A DNA stretch of 63,663 bases, filler included, from Actinomycetota bacterium (lineage in GTDB: Bacteria; Actinomycetota; Actinomycetes; JAKEEW01), in assembly GCA_046725875.1 (NCBI GenBank). It is 8 parts of 8 records of this genome, joined end to end, with 100 filler letters (N's around TTAATTAATTAA, not from the genome) between each part and the next. Parts side by side here need not be neighbours in the genome. Positions count along the whole stretch, not along the records: positions 16,031 to 23,678 come from JBKOZJ010000032.1; positions 23,779 to 31,217 come from JBKOZJ010000033.1; 6 more parts are not named here. One strand, 5' to 3'. Shown piece by piece: positions 18,574 through 28,597 of this stretch; position 1 is the stretch's first letter, and each line of letters opens with the position of its first letter. Below the pieces are notes generated by a model. It ran no database searches and was not told the DNA's origin. It was given only the letters and a program-made list of their open reading frames with translations. Position numbers and translations under genes: made by a program.

Positions 18574-18954
18574 CTACTTGGCCCGGTTCCGGCCGCCGAT
18601 GACGGGCAGCAGTGCGAGAGCGACGGCGCCGGCTGCGGCGGCCATGCCGATAAGGGCCAGCAAGAGCGCCGCGCTCGGCTCCCGTACCGAGAACGCCACC
18701 GCGGCGAGAACCCCGGCAAGCAGCGAGGTCCCGGCAACCAGCGCCGGCACCGCGAGCCGAGCAGCATGTGCTCGCCACGCTGCCCCCGGCGATTGGGCTC
18801 GATCCCAGGCGAAGAGATAGCCGAGCAGGGCAGCCGTCACCAGCACCGTGCCGATGGGACTGGTGGCCACGGTTCCGAGCAGGATGACGCAAGCCAGCGC
18901 GGGCACGATCGCGCTAACTGGCCTAGCGGCACGTCTCAGCAAGGGCCACTCCAC
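18574..18954 (-). CDS. Membrane protein at the end of the MoxR operon
   Basis: About 4 hydrophobic segments downstream of DUF58; start uncertain. Confidence 0.65.
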   Translation of the reverse strand: MEWPLLRRAARPVSAIVPALACVILLGTVATSPIGTVLVTAALLGYLFAWDRAQSPGAAWRAHAARLAVPALVAGTSLLAGVLAAVAFSVREPSAALLLALIGMAAAAGAVALALLPVIGGRNRAK

Positions 18955-18973
18955 ACCCGGCTCGGTGGCGGTC

Positions 18974-20314
18974 TCACGACGACCTCGCGGCGAGCGGAAT
19001 GCGGGCGAGCGGCGTGAGAACGGCATCGAGCGGCGTCACCCCGTCCCAGCGGACGCAGGCGATGCCGGCGGCACTCAGCTCGCGGTGCAAGGCCATCCGG
19101 TCCAGTCGCCATAGCCGCAGCGCGGGAGCGCCAAGGCGGTTGCCCCGGGCCGGCCGCGGCTCCACCGTGAGGACATCGATGACGACGACTGGGTGGCCGC
19201 GCTCGCGCAGCTCGCGGGCGGATTCCGCGGCCCGCCGGTCCAGCAGCGGCGAAAAGAGTACGACCAGTGCACCCGGCGGTAGTGCGCTGCGCGGCACCCG
19301 GCCGAGGTCGGGGTCGACGAAGGTCGCGTCCAGCCGTACCCACAGCAACTGCTCGGCGATTCGGTAAAGCTGCCGCTCCCCCACATCCGGCGCGAGCCAG
19401 CGCATGGTGCCACCGATCGCCACGACGCCCACCCGATCATGGCGTCGTAGATAGGACTGGGCGAGGCCTACCGCGCCTCGAAGTGTGACGTCGAGGCTGC
19501 TGTGGCCGTACTCGCCGACGTCAGAGAACGCGTCCAGAGCGAGCACCAGATCGAGAGCCCGCTCCGTAGCGAACCGATTGACGTGCAGCTGCCCGCGCCG
19601 CGTACTGACCGGCCAGTTGACTCGCCGCTGGGACAGGCCGGCGACATGCTCGGTGATGCCCTCGAACTCGATCCCCTCCCCCAGAGCTCGGCTGGCGTGG
19701 TCACCAGCGCGGTTGGGGAGCCGCCCGACGCTGAGCACGGCGCTGTGTGCACCCGCACTTGGGTAGACCGCCAGCTCACCGACCGACCGCGCGACTCGCG
19801 CCTGTAGAACCCCACCACCGGTCCGCACCAGCAGTTCGGTCGGGCCGACGGTCCACCGCCCCCACCGTCCGGCGGACAGCTCGACGACGTCGTCGAGACG
19901 CTGCTCGCCCGCAACTGCGGTGCTCACCGACGGGGTCGGCTTGTCCTCGCCGAGCGCGGGACGCAGCCCGGGCGAGAGCGGGACGGTCAGAGCGAGCAGG
20001 TCGACCGGTTCGCCGGTGACGGCGGTGGCGTGCAGCTCCACCTTTTCACCCTCGACCGTCCGCTCAGGTGGCGTGAGGCGTACGTCAACCGCGATGGTGT
20101 CCGGCCGGCGCGCAGCTAGTCCGTACGCCAGAAGCACAACAAACGGTGTCCCCGCCGCGACGAGCAGCGGCCGACCAAGCGCAACCCCGGTGGCGAGAAG
20201 CACCACGGCGGTCGTTGCGAGCCGCCGGGCGTGTCCGGTCAGCTGCCAGCGCAGCTCCTCGATCTCGTGAACACCGGCCCAGCGGCTGGCCGTGCTGCTC
20301 TCCGCACCGGTCAT
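18974..20314 (-). CDS. DUF58 domain protein
   Basis: GEGIEFEGI..RRVNWPVS..LHVN..LALD..HDRVGVV; ATGA overlap with MoxR. Confidence 0.9.
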   Translation of the reverse strand: MTGAESSTASRWAGVHEIEELRWQLTGHARRLATTAVVLLATGVALGRPLLVAAGTPFVVLLAYGLAARRPDTIAVDVRLTPPERTVEGEKVELHATAVTGEPVDLLALTVPLSPGLRPALGEDKPTPSVSTAVAGEQRLDDVVELSAGRWGRWTVGPTELLVRTGGGVLQARVARSVGELAVYPSAGAHSAVLSVGRLPNRAGDHASRALGEGIEFEGITEHVAGLSQRRVNWPVSTRRGQLHVNRFATERALDLVLALDAFSDVGEYGHSSLDVTLRGAVGLAQSYLRRHDRVGVVAIGGTMRWLAPDVGERQLYRIAEQLLWVRLDATFVDPDLGRVPRSALPPGALVVLFSPLLDRRAAESARELRERGHPVVVIDVLTVEPRPARGNRLGAPALRLWRLDRMALHRELSAAGIACVRWDGVTPLDAVLTPLARIPLAARSS

Positions 20315-21318
20315 GGCCGGGTGAGCTGGGTACCGGCCGGCGATGGGGCGCCGGATCGACCGCTCCAGGTCGCCGGCGTCGGGACCGTGCGGAGGATCTC
20401 CTCGACGACCTCGTCGCCCTTAACCCGGCGAACCCAAAGCTCAGGACGAAGCCCAAGGCGGTGACCGAGCGCCGGACCGGCGACCGCCTTCACGTCTTCC
20501 GGGATCACGTAGTCGCGGCCCGTGAGGACCGCTCGGCCGCGCGCGAGCTGGACGAGGGTGAGACCGGCCCGCGGGCTCGCGCCCACCGTAACCTGCGGAT
20601 GAGTACGGGTCGCCGCGAGGAGTGCCACCACGTAGTCGAGCACGTCCGGATGCACCTCGACCGACTCCAGCGACTCCCGCATGGCGAGCAGCTCGGTCGC
20701 CGAGACGACAGTGCGAAGCTCGGGCGGCGCCGAACCGCGGTCGACCCGCCGCTGCAACATCTCGATCTCGCCGGCAGCGGACAGGTAGCCGATCCGCACC
20801 CGGAGCGCGAACCGGTCCAGCTGCGCCTCGGGCAGGGGGTAGGTGCCTTCGTACTCGATCGGGTTATCGGTCGCGAGCACCACGAACGGCGACGGCAGGA
20901 GCCGTGTCTCACCGTCCGCGCTCACTTGCAGCTCGGCCATCGCCTCGAGCAGCGCCGCCTGCGTCTTTGGCGGAGTCCGGTTGATCTCGTCGGCGAGCAG
21001 CAGGTTGGTAAACACGGGGCCGGGGCGGAAGACCATCTCGCCGGTGCGCTGGTCGTAGTAGGTCGCGCCGGTCAGGTCGGCCGGCAGCAGATCCGGCGTG
21101 AACTGGACCCGGGTGAAGCGCAGGCCGAGCGTGGTTGCGAACGAGCGGGCGATCAGCGTCTTGCCCAGGCCCGGCAAATCCTCGATCAGGACATGGCCGC
21201 TGGCGAGGATCCCGGTGAGTACGAGCTCCAGCGCCTCCCGCTTGCCCACGACAGCGCGCTCGATCTCGGTGATAACACGTCGCGCCAGTCGGGTCGTCTC
21301 CGCCGGATCGCCGTTCAA
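20311..21318 (-). CDS. MoxR-family AAA+ ATPase
   Basis: HVLIEDLPGLGKT, FTPDLLPAD, ADEINRTPPKTQAALLEAM, YPLPEAQLDRF; TTG start with GGAGGAG RBS. Confidence 0.95.
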   Translation of the reverse strand: MNGDPAETTRLARRVITEIERAVVGKREALELVLTGILASGHVLIEDLPGLGKTLIARSFATTLGLRFTRVQFTPDLLPADLTGATYYDQRTGEMVFRPGPVFTNLLLADEINRTPPKTQAALLEAMAELQVSADGETRLLPSPFVVLATDNPIEYEGTYPLPEAQLDRFALRVRIGYLSAAGEIEMLQRRVDRGSAPPELRTVVSATELLAMRESLESVEVHPDVLDYVVALLAATRTHPQVTVGASPRAGLTLVQLARGRAVLTGRDYVIPEDVKAVAGPALGHRLGLRPELWVRRVKGDEVVEEILRTVPTPATWSGRSGAPSPAGTQLTRP

Positions 21319-21344
21319 GGCTCCTCCTCGTCCCGCCGTGGGTC

Positions 21345-22028
21345 TCACCGCCCACTCCACGCCGGCCCGCTCCATGCCCGGTCGGCCAGCTTCTCGAGAC
21401 GGTCGAGGAAGCTGAGTACGACCGGCAGGGGAACGCCGGGCGCCCCGGTGTCGTCAGACGCCGGCCGGTCCGGGTCGACAAGCGGCCAGAGATCATCTCC
21501 GATCGCGGCTCGGGCCGCCGCCGGATTCGTGGCCATATCCACGCCATGCCGCTCGGCGAGAACCGTCGCGAGCAGCCGGCTCAGGAGCGGCCGCACCGCG
21601 TGGTCGAAGTGCCGAGCGCTCACCGGCGCCCAGAAGAGCGTGTCCTCGATCCTCCGGTAGGCGGGGAAGTCGGCGTTGAGGAAAGGCACCGCCCGCCGCT
21701 GCCGCTTTGGTGGCCGAGGTCCACGCGGAAGCTGCGCGCGCAGCAGGAGGAGTCCGACAACCAACGCGGCCGAGACAACGATGAAGATGCCGAGGGTACC
21801 CGCGAGCAGCCACCCGACGATGCCGGCGGCAAGACCCGCGCCGGCGACGATCAGCCGGACCCGTGCACCGGGCTCTGATCGGTCGTGTCCGTCGTCCTGC
21901 TCCGACCAGCCGACCGCGGCCGTCCGCCGTCGTCCTGTTCGATCGCCGGCAACCCCCGGTTGGCCGGCGCGATGCTGCCGTCCGCCGAGCTCGAAGACCG
22001 GCTCGTATCCCCCGGGTGCGTCAGTCAC
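21345..22028 (-). CDS. Hypothetical membrane protein in the MoxR operon
   Basis: Two TM helices then FDHAVRPLL..ERHGVD..LWPLVDP; GTG overlaps the upstream stop. Confidence 0.75.
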   Translation of the reverse strand: MTDAPGGYEPVFELGGRQHRAGQPGVAGDRTGRRRTAAVGWSEQDDGHDRSEPGARVRLIVAGAGLAAGIVGWLLAGTLGIFIVVSAALVVGLLLLRAQLPRGPRPPKRQRRAVPFLNADFPAYRRIEDTLFWAPVSARHFDHAVRPLLSRLLATVLAERHGVDMATNPAAARAAIGDDLWPLVDPDRPASDDTGAPGVPLPVVLSFLDRLEKLADRAWSGPAWSGR

Positions 22029-23055
22029 GTGCCGCTCCGGTGGCGCCGTCGCCGGACCCATGCAGGCCGTCCTGTGGTGGGACGGCAATCGAATTTGCTC
22101 GTGCTTCCGGCATCAGCCGGCTGATCTCGGCGCGGATATGGCCGAGTGCGATGAACGCGGCCCGCCGATCCTGCTGGTCGAGCGCGTGGCCGCTGAACCT
22201 TGCTTCCTCGAAGAGTTCGGTTAGGCGGGCCGCCGCCGGCGATCGGACGGTTCCGGTGGCCGCCGCTCGGTGCAGCAACTCGGTCGGCGTGTCCCAGGCG
22301 TTGCGAGGCGATCCCTGCTCGGCGAGCGCTTGCTCCATCGCGTCGTAACAGGCGATGATCGCCGTCCGCGGATCGCTGGACGCCTCCAGCGCCGTGGCGC
22401 CGGCGCGGGCCGCCGACTCCAACGCTTCGAGGTCACCGTCGGCCGACTCGTCCACGTACTCCTCGTCCGCGGTGGGGGCTTCGAGTGGCCTGCGTATGCC
22501 AGGTTTCATGCGGCGCAGCAGCACGAGAACCCAAACCACGAGCACCGCCACGGCCAGCCACACGAGCGTCCACAAGGCGGCCCGGGAGACGGCTTCCGAC
22601 GTGTTCAATGCCGGCAGGTTCACGGTCGAGTCGGTGCTCTCTCTCCGCGGGTCCAGCGGCCGCAGCGCCACCACGAGCAACAGCAGCGGCAGGAGCAGGG
22701 CCAACGCCACCGCGGCCGTCTGGACGAGGCGCAGCCACCGGACGTCGGGATCGATCGGCTCCTGGAACCGATGGATGTCATCCGGCGGCCGTCGCGGCCG
22801 CCGGCGACGGCGCAGGATCCCATGGATTGCGGCGATCGCGACCACGTCGACGAGGAAGAGGAGAACCCCGAAGCCGAGAATCGGACCACGCTCCCCGGCC
22901 AGCGGACCGCGGTCGCTCAGCCGCAGCCCACCATGCGCCCCTGCGCCGATGACCGCGAGGATCGCCATCCCGGCGACGGCAAACGGCAGCAACGGCCCGG
23001 CTCCCAGGCCGGCCGGCCGCCGCCGCCCGTTCTCGGTGCGCGGAACGTCGCCCAC
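22021..23055 (-). CDS. DUF4129 domain membrane protein
   Basis: TM segments plus DPRTAIIACYDAMEQAL..DTPTELL..LTELFEEARFS; start uncertain. Confidence 0.85.
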   Translation of the reverse strand: MGDVPRTENGRRRPAGLGAGPLLPFAVAGMAILAVIGAGAHGGLRLSDRGPLAGERGPILGFGVLLFLVDVVAIAAIHGILRRRRRPRRPPDDIHRFQEPIDPDVRWLRLVQTAAVALALLLPLLLLVVALRPLDPRRESTDSTVNLPALNTSEAVSRAALWTLVWLAVAVLVVWVLVLLRRMKPGIRRPLEAPTADEEYVDESADGDLEALESAARAGATALEASSDPRTAIIACYDAMEQALAEQGSPRNAWDTPTELLHRAAATGTVRSPAAARLTELFEEARFSGHALDQQDRRAAFIALGHIRAEISRLMPEARANSIAVPPQDGLHGSGDGATGAARD

Positions 23056-23301
23056 GGGCTCACTGTGCCCGCATTGCGCCGGTGCAGACAGCCACGGCTC
23101 GGTAACAGTTCCCCTATGCCGCAATTCTTTGCCGCCCCTTTACCACTCTCGCTCCATTGGTGCTCCGCTCGCGGGGACTACCCAGGCTCCTCGCCGATGC
23201 AGCGCACGATCGCCAGAATCCTGTGCAAGATCGGAGAGCTGTCAGTCGGCCGTGTCGTTATAGCGACCTGGCCATCTGACACCTGGTTTGGAAGCAGCGC
23301 T

Positions 23302-23366
23302 TAAGAGAGGCTTGTCAGACTGCTGGGTCGTTCACACGCGGGCCATCTTCTGACAAGCCGCTCTTA
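23302..23366. repeat. 65-bp element with 18-bp inverted repeats (MITE-like)
   Basis: TAAGAGAGGCTTGTCAGA (23302-23319) vs TCTGACAAGCCGCTCTTA (23349-23366), 17/18 complementary. Confidence 0.75.
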
Positions 23367-23527
23367 CCCGCCCGACTGATAGGTCCTATCAGACGCTCAC
23401 CTCATGACGACCACGATTGCTGACAACAAAGCGATCTAGACGCCAACTTCTGACAGTCCCATGATCATCGCCGGTAAAGGAAGCGGCGGCGCCGAATGAT
23501 CGTGCGGTATCGTTTAGCACTGCGTTC

Positions 23528-23599
23528 GGGCGATTAGCTCAGCGGGAGAGCGCTTCGTTCACACCGAAGAGGTCACTGGTTCGATCCCAGTATCGCCCA
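23528..23599 (+). tRNA. tRNA-Val(CAC)
   Basis: GGGCGAT/ATCGCCC acceptor stem, CTTCG-TTCACAC-CGAAG anticodon arm, GGTTCGATCCC T-arm; CCA not encoded. Confidence 0.97.
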
Positions 23600-23778
23600 C
23601 CCAGCTCACGACCAATTCCGATCTTGCCAGATACCCTCTCGCGCCCGCGTACCCCAATCCGTCCACTCGTTCCCGGGGNNNNNNNNNNNNNNNNNNNNNN
23701 NNNNNNNNNNNNNNNNNNNNNNTTAATTAATTAANNNNNNNNNNNNNNNNNNNNNNNNNNNNNNNNNNNNNNNNNNNN

Positions 23779-24204
23779 GTGGTTGGCGACTCGGCGCTGT
23801 ACTGGATCGCCCGGGTCGGCGGCAGGCGGTTCAGGCCACGGCTGGACGCTGCAACGCAACATGAGACGGTCCGCGCTGCGCTCCGCTTCATCGGCTCGAG
23901 AGCCTCGCTGCTGCTGGTCTTCGGTCGCTATGTCCCGGGCCTCCGGTTCGTCGTCAATGCGACCTTCGGACTGTCCGCGTACCGCTATTCGAACTTCCTG
24001 ATGTGGTCGGCCATCGGCGGAACGATTTGGTCGATATACACCTGCGGCCTTGCCTACCTTGTTGGCACGGCGCTGGCGGATTTCCCGCTCGGGTCCGTCG
24101 TCATATCGGGCGCTATCACCACCGCCGCGATAGCGGCGATCTTCCTGGTAGGGCGGCGGAGCCGGAGGGGAGCCGACGTGCCGACGGGTGCCCCCGCCTC
24201 GTGA
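23779..24204 (+). CDS. DedA family membrane protein (5' truncated)
   Basis: GDSALYWI and FGRYVPGLR DedA motifs. Confidence 0.85.
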   Translation: MVGDSALYWIARVGGRRFRPRLDAATQHETVRAALRFIGSRASLLLVFGRYVPGLRFVVNATFGLSAYRYSNFLMWSAIGGTIWSIYTCGLAYLVGTALADFPLGSVVISGAITTAAIAAIFLVGRRSRRGADVPTGAPAS

Positions 24205-24276
24205 TTGCAGGCTCGCCAGTGCGGCATCTTGCAGCAGCTCGGTCCACATGCCATCTGACCGGAGGAGGAACAGACG

Positions 24277-25116
24277 ATGTGCCGCTGGCTTGCCTACTCG
24301 GGATCCCCGATCCTGCTCGAAGAATTGCTCTACCGGCCTCAGCATTCACTCATCGACCAGAGTCGTCACGCCAAGATGGGAGTGGAGACGGCGAATGGTG
24401 ACGGCTTCGGTGTCGGGTGGTATGTGGATGATGCGGCCGAGCCAACTCCGGCTCTCTTCCGCAGCGTCAGCCCCGCCTGGAGCGATCGCAACTTGCGCGA
24501 GCTTGCCTCCCATGTACGGTCGCCGTTGTTCTTCGCTCACGTACGAGCGTCGACGGGCACGGCGGTTCAGGAGACCAACTCCCACCCGTTTCGCTACAGC
24601 AAGTGGCTGTGGATGCACAACGGCAGCGTCGCCGAGTTTCGGCGGGTGAAGCGGGACCTCATCCTCGACGTTGACCCTGAGCTCTACCCCTCCATCGAGG
24701 GATCGACGGACTCAGAGGTGATGTTCTATCTTGCGCTGACCTTCGGGCTCGACCAGGACGCCCCGGCCGCAGTCGCGCGGATGGTCGAACGGGTGGAAGC
24801 CGTCGGACGGAAGCACGACGTGGAGTATCCGATCCAAATGACCGTGGCGACGAGTGACGGTCAGCGCCTGTGGGCCTTCCGCTACTCCAGCGAGCGGCGG
24901 TCACGATCCTTGTTCTACAGCACAGTCATGCCAACGCTGCGTGAGCTACATCCAGAGGTGCCCGCGTTTTGGGAGCTTTCGGAAGAGACCCGGCTGGTCG
25001 TTTCCGAGCCGCTCGGCGATCTGCGCGGTGCGTGGAACGAGGTCCCAGAGTCGAGCTGGGGGGTCATTCAGGAGGGCGCCGACGAGATGCACCCCTTCGT
25101 CCCGAGCACGGCATAG
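24277..25116 (+). CDS. Class II glutamine amidotransferase (EgtC-like Ntn hydrolase)
   Basis: MCRWLAY, NGDGFGVGWY, AHVRAST, NSHPF, MHNG, GSTDSE, SEPL; GGAGG RBS. Confidence 0.92.
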   Translation: MCRWLAYSGSPILLEELLYRPQHSLIDQSRHAKMGVETANGDGFGVGWYVDDAAEPTPALFRSVSPAWSDRNLRELASHVRSPLFFAHVRASTGTAVQETNSHPFRYSKWLWMHNGSVAEFRRVKRDLILDVDPELYPSIEGSTDSEVMFYLALTFGLDQDAPAAVARMVERVEAVGRKHDVEYPIQMTVATSDGQRLWAFRYSSERRSRSLFYSTVMPTLRELHPEVPAFWELSEETRLVVSEPLGDLRGAWNEVPESSWGVIQEGADEMHPFVPSTA

Positions 25117-25141
25117 GACCGGCACAGGCTCCGGGCGCGGC

Positions 25142-25645
25142 TCACACCGGCGGTCGACCGCCCCGGCGTACCTCCGGGCCAGGCTCGACGGTGCCGACGA
25201 ACAGCCGCCTCCCGCCGTATGCGCTGAGCCCGTACAGAGCAACGACATCGGCCGCGACCACCACTACAGCCCAGATCGGATAAGACGGCATGAACGCGAG
25301 GTGAACGAGCGCGTTGACCGCGAGCACGACGATCGCGAACCAGCGGGCCCACGGCCGTCCCCTCCCCAGCGCACCGACGGCGACGAGCTGAAGTATCCCG
25401 AAGGCGAGCACCACCCAGCCCCAAGCTCGCAGGTTCCCGAAGACATAGTCGGCGCCGGACGTGTACACGTGCGACTTGGCGATGGCCGCGATGCCGCTCA
25501 CAATGTCGAAGACCCCGAACGTGGCAATGAGGATGCCGGCGAATTCGACGAGTCCGGCGCCTCGTGGATCGACGTCGACGGCGTCGGTCGCTCGTGGCCC
25601 AGGCTGCGTTGCTGATGGTGTGGGCGCCGCTGGTGTGGATGTCAT
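25142..25645 (-). CDS. Conserved 4-TM actinobacterial membrane protein
   Basis: FAGILI..GIAAI..AWGWV..WARW..PSYPIWAVV; AAGGAG RBS. Confidence 0.8.
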   Translation of the reverse strand: MTSTPAAPTPSATQPGPRATDAVDVDPRGAGLVEFAGILIATFGVFDIVSGIAAIAKSHVYTSGADYVFGNLRAWGWVVLAFGILQLVAVGALGRGRPWARWFAIVVLAVNALVHLAFMPSYPIWAVVVVAADVVALYGLSAYGGRRLFVGTVEPGPEVRRGGRPPV

Positions 25646-25816
25646 GGCGGATCTCCTTGCCGCTTGGCCGATCTCCGTCATGGTGGGTGATCACACGCGT
25701 CCCGGTCGTCATCCGCGTCGGGTGAGGCTTGCAGGGGCGGGCGCCCGTGGATGCGCCCGCTCGCACCGGGTATGACCGCCCACGCCCTACCGGTCAGAGC
25801 GGATCTTCGAGGTGCC

Positions 25817-26886
25817 ATGCGGATCGTGGTCACTGGGGCGAGCGGCAATCTGGGTACGGCCCTGCTGAGGCTGCTCTCTGAACAGCGGCAGGTCGGGTCG
25901 GTTCTCGGACTGGTCAGGAGGCCGCCGGCCGAGCCGCGGGCGGAGCCGTACTCTCGGGCCGACTGGCTGGCGTGCGACCTCGGCGCCGACAGCGCGGAGG
26001 ATGTGCTGACGGGTGCCTTCCGAGGCGCCGACGTCGTTGTGCACCTAGCGTGGACGATCCAGCCCGCCCGGCAGGAGCCGCCCGCGGCGGAGAGCAACAT
26101 CCTGGGCAGCCGGCAGGTCGCCAAGGCCGTCGTCGCGGCCGGAGTGCCACACCTCGTCGTCCTGTCGTCGGTGGCAGCCTATGCGCCCGCGTCGAGGCAC
26201 GGCAGAGTCGACGAGACATGGCCGATCGGCGGTTTCCCCGGTTCGGCCTATAGCCGCCAGAAGGTCGCCCTCGAGCATCTCCTCGACGGTCTCGAGATCA
26301 TGGGTGCTACGACCCTCACCCGGCTGCGACCTGCCTCGGTGGTCGGCTGGGATGCCGCGTCCGAGGTCACCCGCTACGTGTTCGGTCCGCTTTACCCGCC
26401 ACGGCTGGTCGCCCATGCATTCCCCGTACTGCCACTAGACGCGCGGTTGCGAATGCAGATCGTCCACTCGGCCGACGTGGCGCAAGCGATCTGGGCGGCG
26501 ATCAGGGCTCAGGCGGGCGGTGCATTCAACCTGGTGGCCGAACCCGTTATCGGCCCGTCGGAACTCGCCCAGGCGGCGGGAACGCGCTGGTTGCCGGTGC
26601 GGGTCGCTGGTGTTCGGCCGCTCGCCTGGGTGCTGTGGCGAACCGGTCTCCAACCGGCGCACCCCGGCTGGCTTGCCCTGCTGACGGACGTCCCGCTCGT
26701 CGACGCCCGGCGCGCCGTCGAGATTCTCGGCTGGCTGCCGCAGCGGGATGCCGTTGCAACGCTTGACGAGCTGTTCGCCGGGATGCGGGACGGTGCTGGC
26801 ACATCAAGTCCGCCGTTGCGTCCGCGGGCTGGATTTTCCGTACGGGTAAAGAGCTCTTCACTGGTCGCACCGCGACCCAAGGATGA
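25817..26886 (+). CDS. NAD-dependent epimerase/dehydratase, probable 1-nt frameshift near 26849
   Basis: VTGASGNLG, VVHLAW, SSVAAY, YSRQK; restoring one A gives ..VKELFTGRTATQG* at 26886 instead of a 360-nt overlap with the next gene. Confidence 0.8.
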
Positions 26887-26942
26887 CGCCTCACGGAGGA
26901 ACGCGCAGAGCTTTCGGAGGATCGAGCGAGAGGCGGACAAAA

Positions 26943-28535
26943 GTGACCGAAACCGCCGATGCCGTTGTCATCGGAGCCGGGCACAATGGCTTGGTAGCGG
27001 GGAACATCCTCGCCGACGCCGGGTGGGACGTCGTAGTACTCGAGGCAGAGACCGAGCCGGGCGGAGCGCTGCGCAGCGCCGAGGTAACAGCACCTGGATT
27101 CGTCAACGACCTGTTCAGCGCGTTCTACCCGCTCGCTGTGGCGTCGCCCGTCATCGGCTCGTTGCACCTCGAGGATCACGGCCTTCAGTGGTCGCACGCA
27201 CCACTCGTGATCGCTCACCCGCTGGGAAACGGGCAGGCCGCACTGCTGTCCCGCGACATCGAGGAGACGGCCGCGAGCCTGGACGAGTTCGGCTCGGGTG
27301 ACGGCGATGCATGGCGGCACCTTTACGGAGAGTGGAGGCAGGTGGGCCGCCATGTGATCGACGCACTGCTCCGGCCGTTCCCACCGGTCCGGCCGGCCGT
27401 CCGCCTCGCGCGTGCGCTGGGCCTCGCCGGCGGGCTGCGGTTCGCCAGGTTCGCGCTGCTGCCAGCCCGCCGGTTCGGTGCCGAGCTGTTTGCTGGGAAT
27501 GGAGCGCCCGCACTGATCACCGGTTGTGCCATGCATACCGACCTCGCTCCCTACGACCCCGTCAGCGGGTTCTTCGGCTGGCTCCTGACAATGCTTGGCC
27601 AGGAGCACGGCTTTCCGGCGCCGGTGGGCGGCGCCGGCCAGCTCGCCGCCGCCATGGTCGGCCGGCTCGGCACCCGCGGCGGCGTCGTCATATGTAACAG
27701 CCCAGTGAGGCGGATCGTGGTTCGAGGCGGCACCGCGTTGGGCGCCGTGGTGGAGGACGGCAAGGCCTATCGGGCTCGGCGGGCGGTGCTGGCCGACCTC
27801 CCGGCACCGGTCCTCTACGGCCAGGTGCTCGACGACATCGCGGTCCCAGCTCGGCTCCGGGAGGATCTCGCGCGGTTCCAGTGGGATCAGCCCACACTCA
27901 AGGTCGACTTCGCGTTGTCCAGTCCGGTGCCGTGGACAGAGGCGTCGGCCGGACAGGCGGGCACTGTCCATCTCGGCGGTGACGTGAACCGGCTGAGCGA
28001 TTACACGATCTCGCTGCTCGAAGGCCGGCTGCCCGATCGAATGTATGCGGTGGTCGGCCAGATGACGACGGCCGACAAGACCAGATCCCCCTCGGGAACC
28101 GAGGCTTTCTGGGCGTATACCCACCTTCCAGCAGGCTGGACGGACCCGTCACCCGACCTCCTCGAGCAATGCGTCGAACGGCTCATCGAGACGATCGAAC
28201 GATCGGCACCCGGGTTCCGTGACCTCATCCTCGGGCAGCACGTGCAGTCACCGGCCGACTTGCAGCGGGCTGACGCGAGCCTCGTCGGCGGCACCGTGAA
28301 CGGCGGAACGGCTAGCCTGCATCAGCAGCTGGTCCTGCGGCCGACACCAGGCCTAGGACGTGCCGAGACGGTGGTCGACCGGCTCTACCTTGCCGGGTCG
28401 TCGGCCCACCCCGGTGGCGGGGTGCACGGCGCCTGCGGGGCAAATGCGGCCGCAGCCGCGCTTCTGCGTGACGGGCTGGTCGGCCGCGCCGGGTCCGCGG
28501 TAATGCGGCGCCTGCTGAAACGGGTGCAAAACTAA
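26943..28535 (+). CDS. Phytoene-dehydrogenase-like FAD oxidoreductase
   Basis: DAVVIGAGHNGL, PGGALRS, PVGGAG, LYLAGSSAHPGGGVHGACG. Confidence 0.9.
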   Translation: MTETADAVVIGAGHNGLVAGNILADAGWDVVVLEAETEPGGALRSAEVTAPGFVNDLFSAFYPLAVASPVIGSLHLEDHGLQWSHAPLVIAHPLGNGQAALLSRDIEETAASLDEFGSGDGDAWRHLYGEWRQVGRHVIDALLRPFPPVRPAVRLARALGLAGGLRFARFALLPARRFGAELFAGNGAPALITGCAMHTDLAPYDPVSGFFGWLLTMLGQEHGFPAPVGGAGQLAAAMVGRLGTRGGVVICNSPVRRIVVRGGTALGAVVEDGKAYRARRAVLADLPAPVLYGQVLDDIAVPARLREDLARFQWDQPTLKVDFALSSPVPWTEASAGQAGTVHLGGDVNRLSDYTISLLEGRLPDRMYAVVGQMTTADKTRSPSGTEAFWAYTHLPAGWTDPSPDLLEQCVERLIETIERSAPGFRDLILGQHVQSPADLQRADASLVGGTVNGGTASLHQQLVLRPTPGLGRAETVVDRLYLAGSSAHPGGGVHGACGANAAAAALLRDGLVGRAGSAVMRRLLKRVQN

Positions 28536-28597
28536 TGGCCCGCCCACCGATGTATGCCGAGGTATCGGTCGACGCCTTGCTATGCTCCGGGCTCCGG

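Noticed and set aside
18574..23055. MoxR-DUF58-DUF4129 operon as a novel system
   Set aside because: Widespread, already recognised arrangement, although its function is unclear.
23600..23678. Integration site at tRNA-Val
   Set aside because: No duplicated tRNA 3' end or integrase visible before the contig ends.
24277..25116. Ergothioneine pathway (egtC)
   Set aside because: No egtA, egtB or egtD nearby; only a family-level call is supported.
26943..28535. Carotenoid cluster (crtI)
   Set aside because: No crtB or crtE neighbours; generic FAD oxidoreductase.
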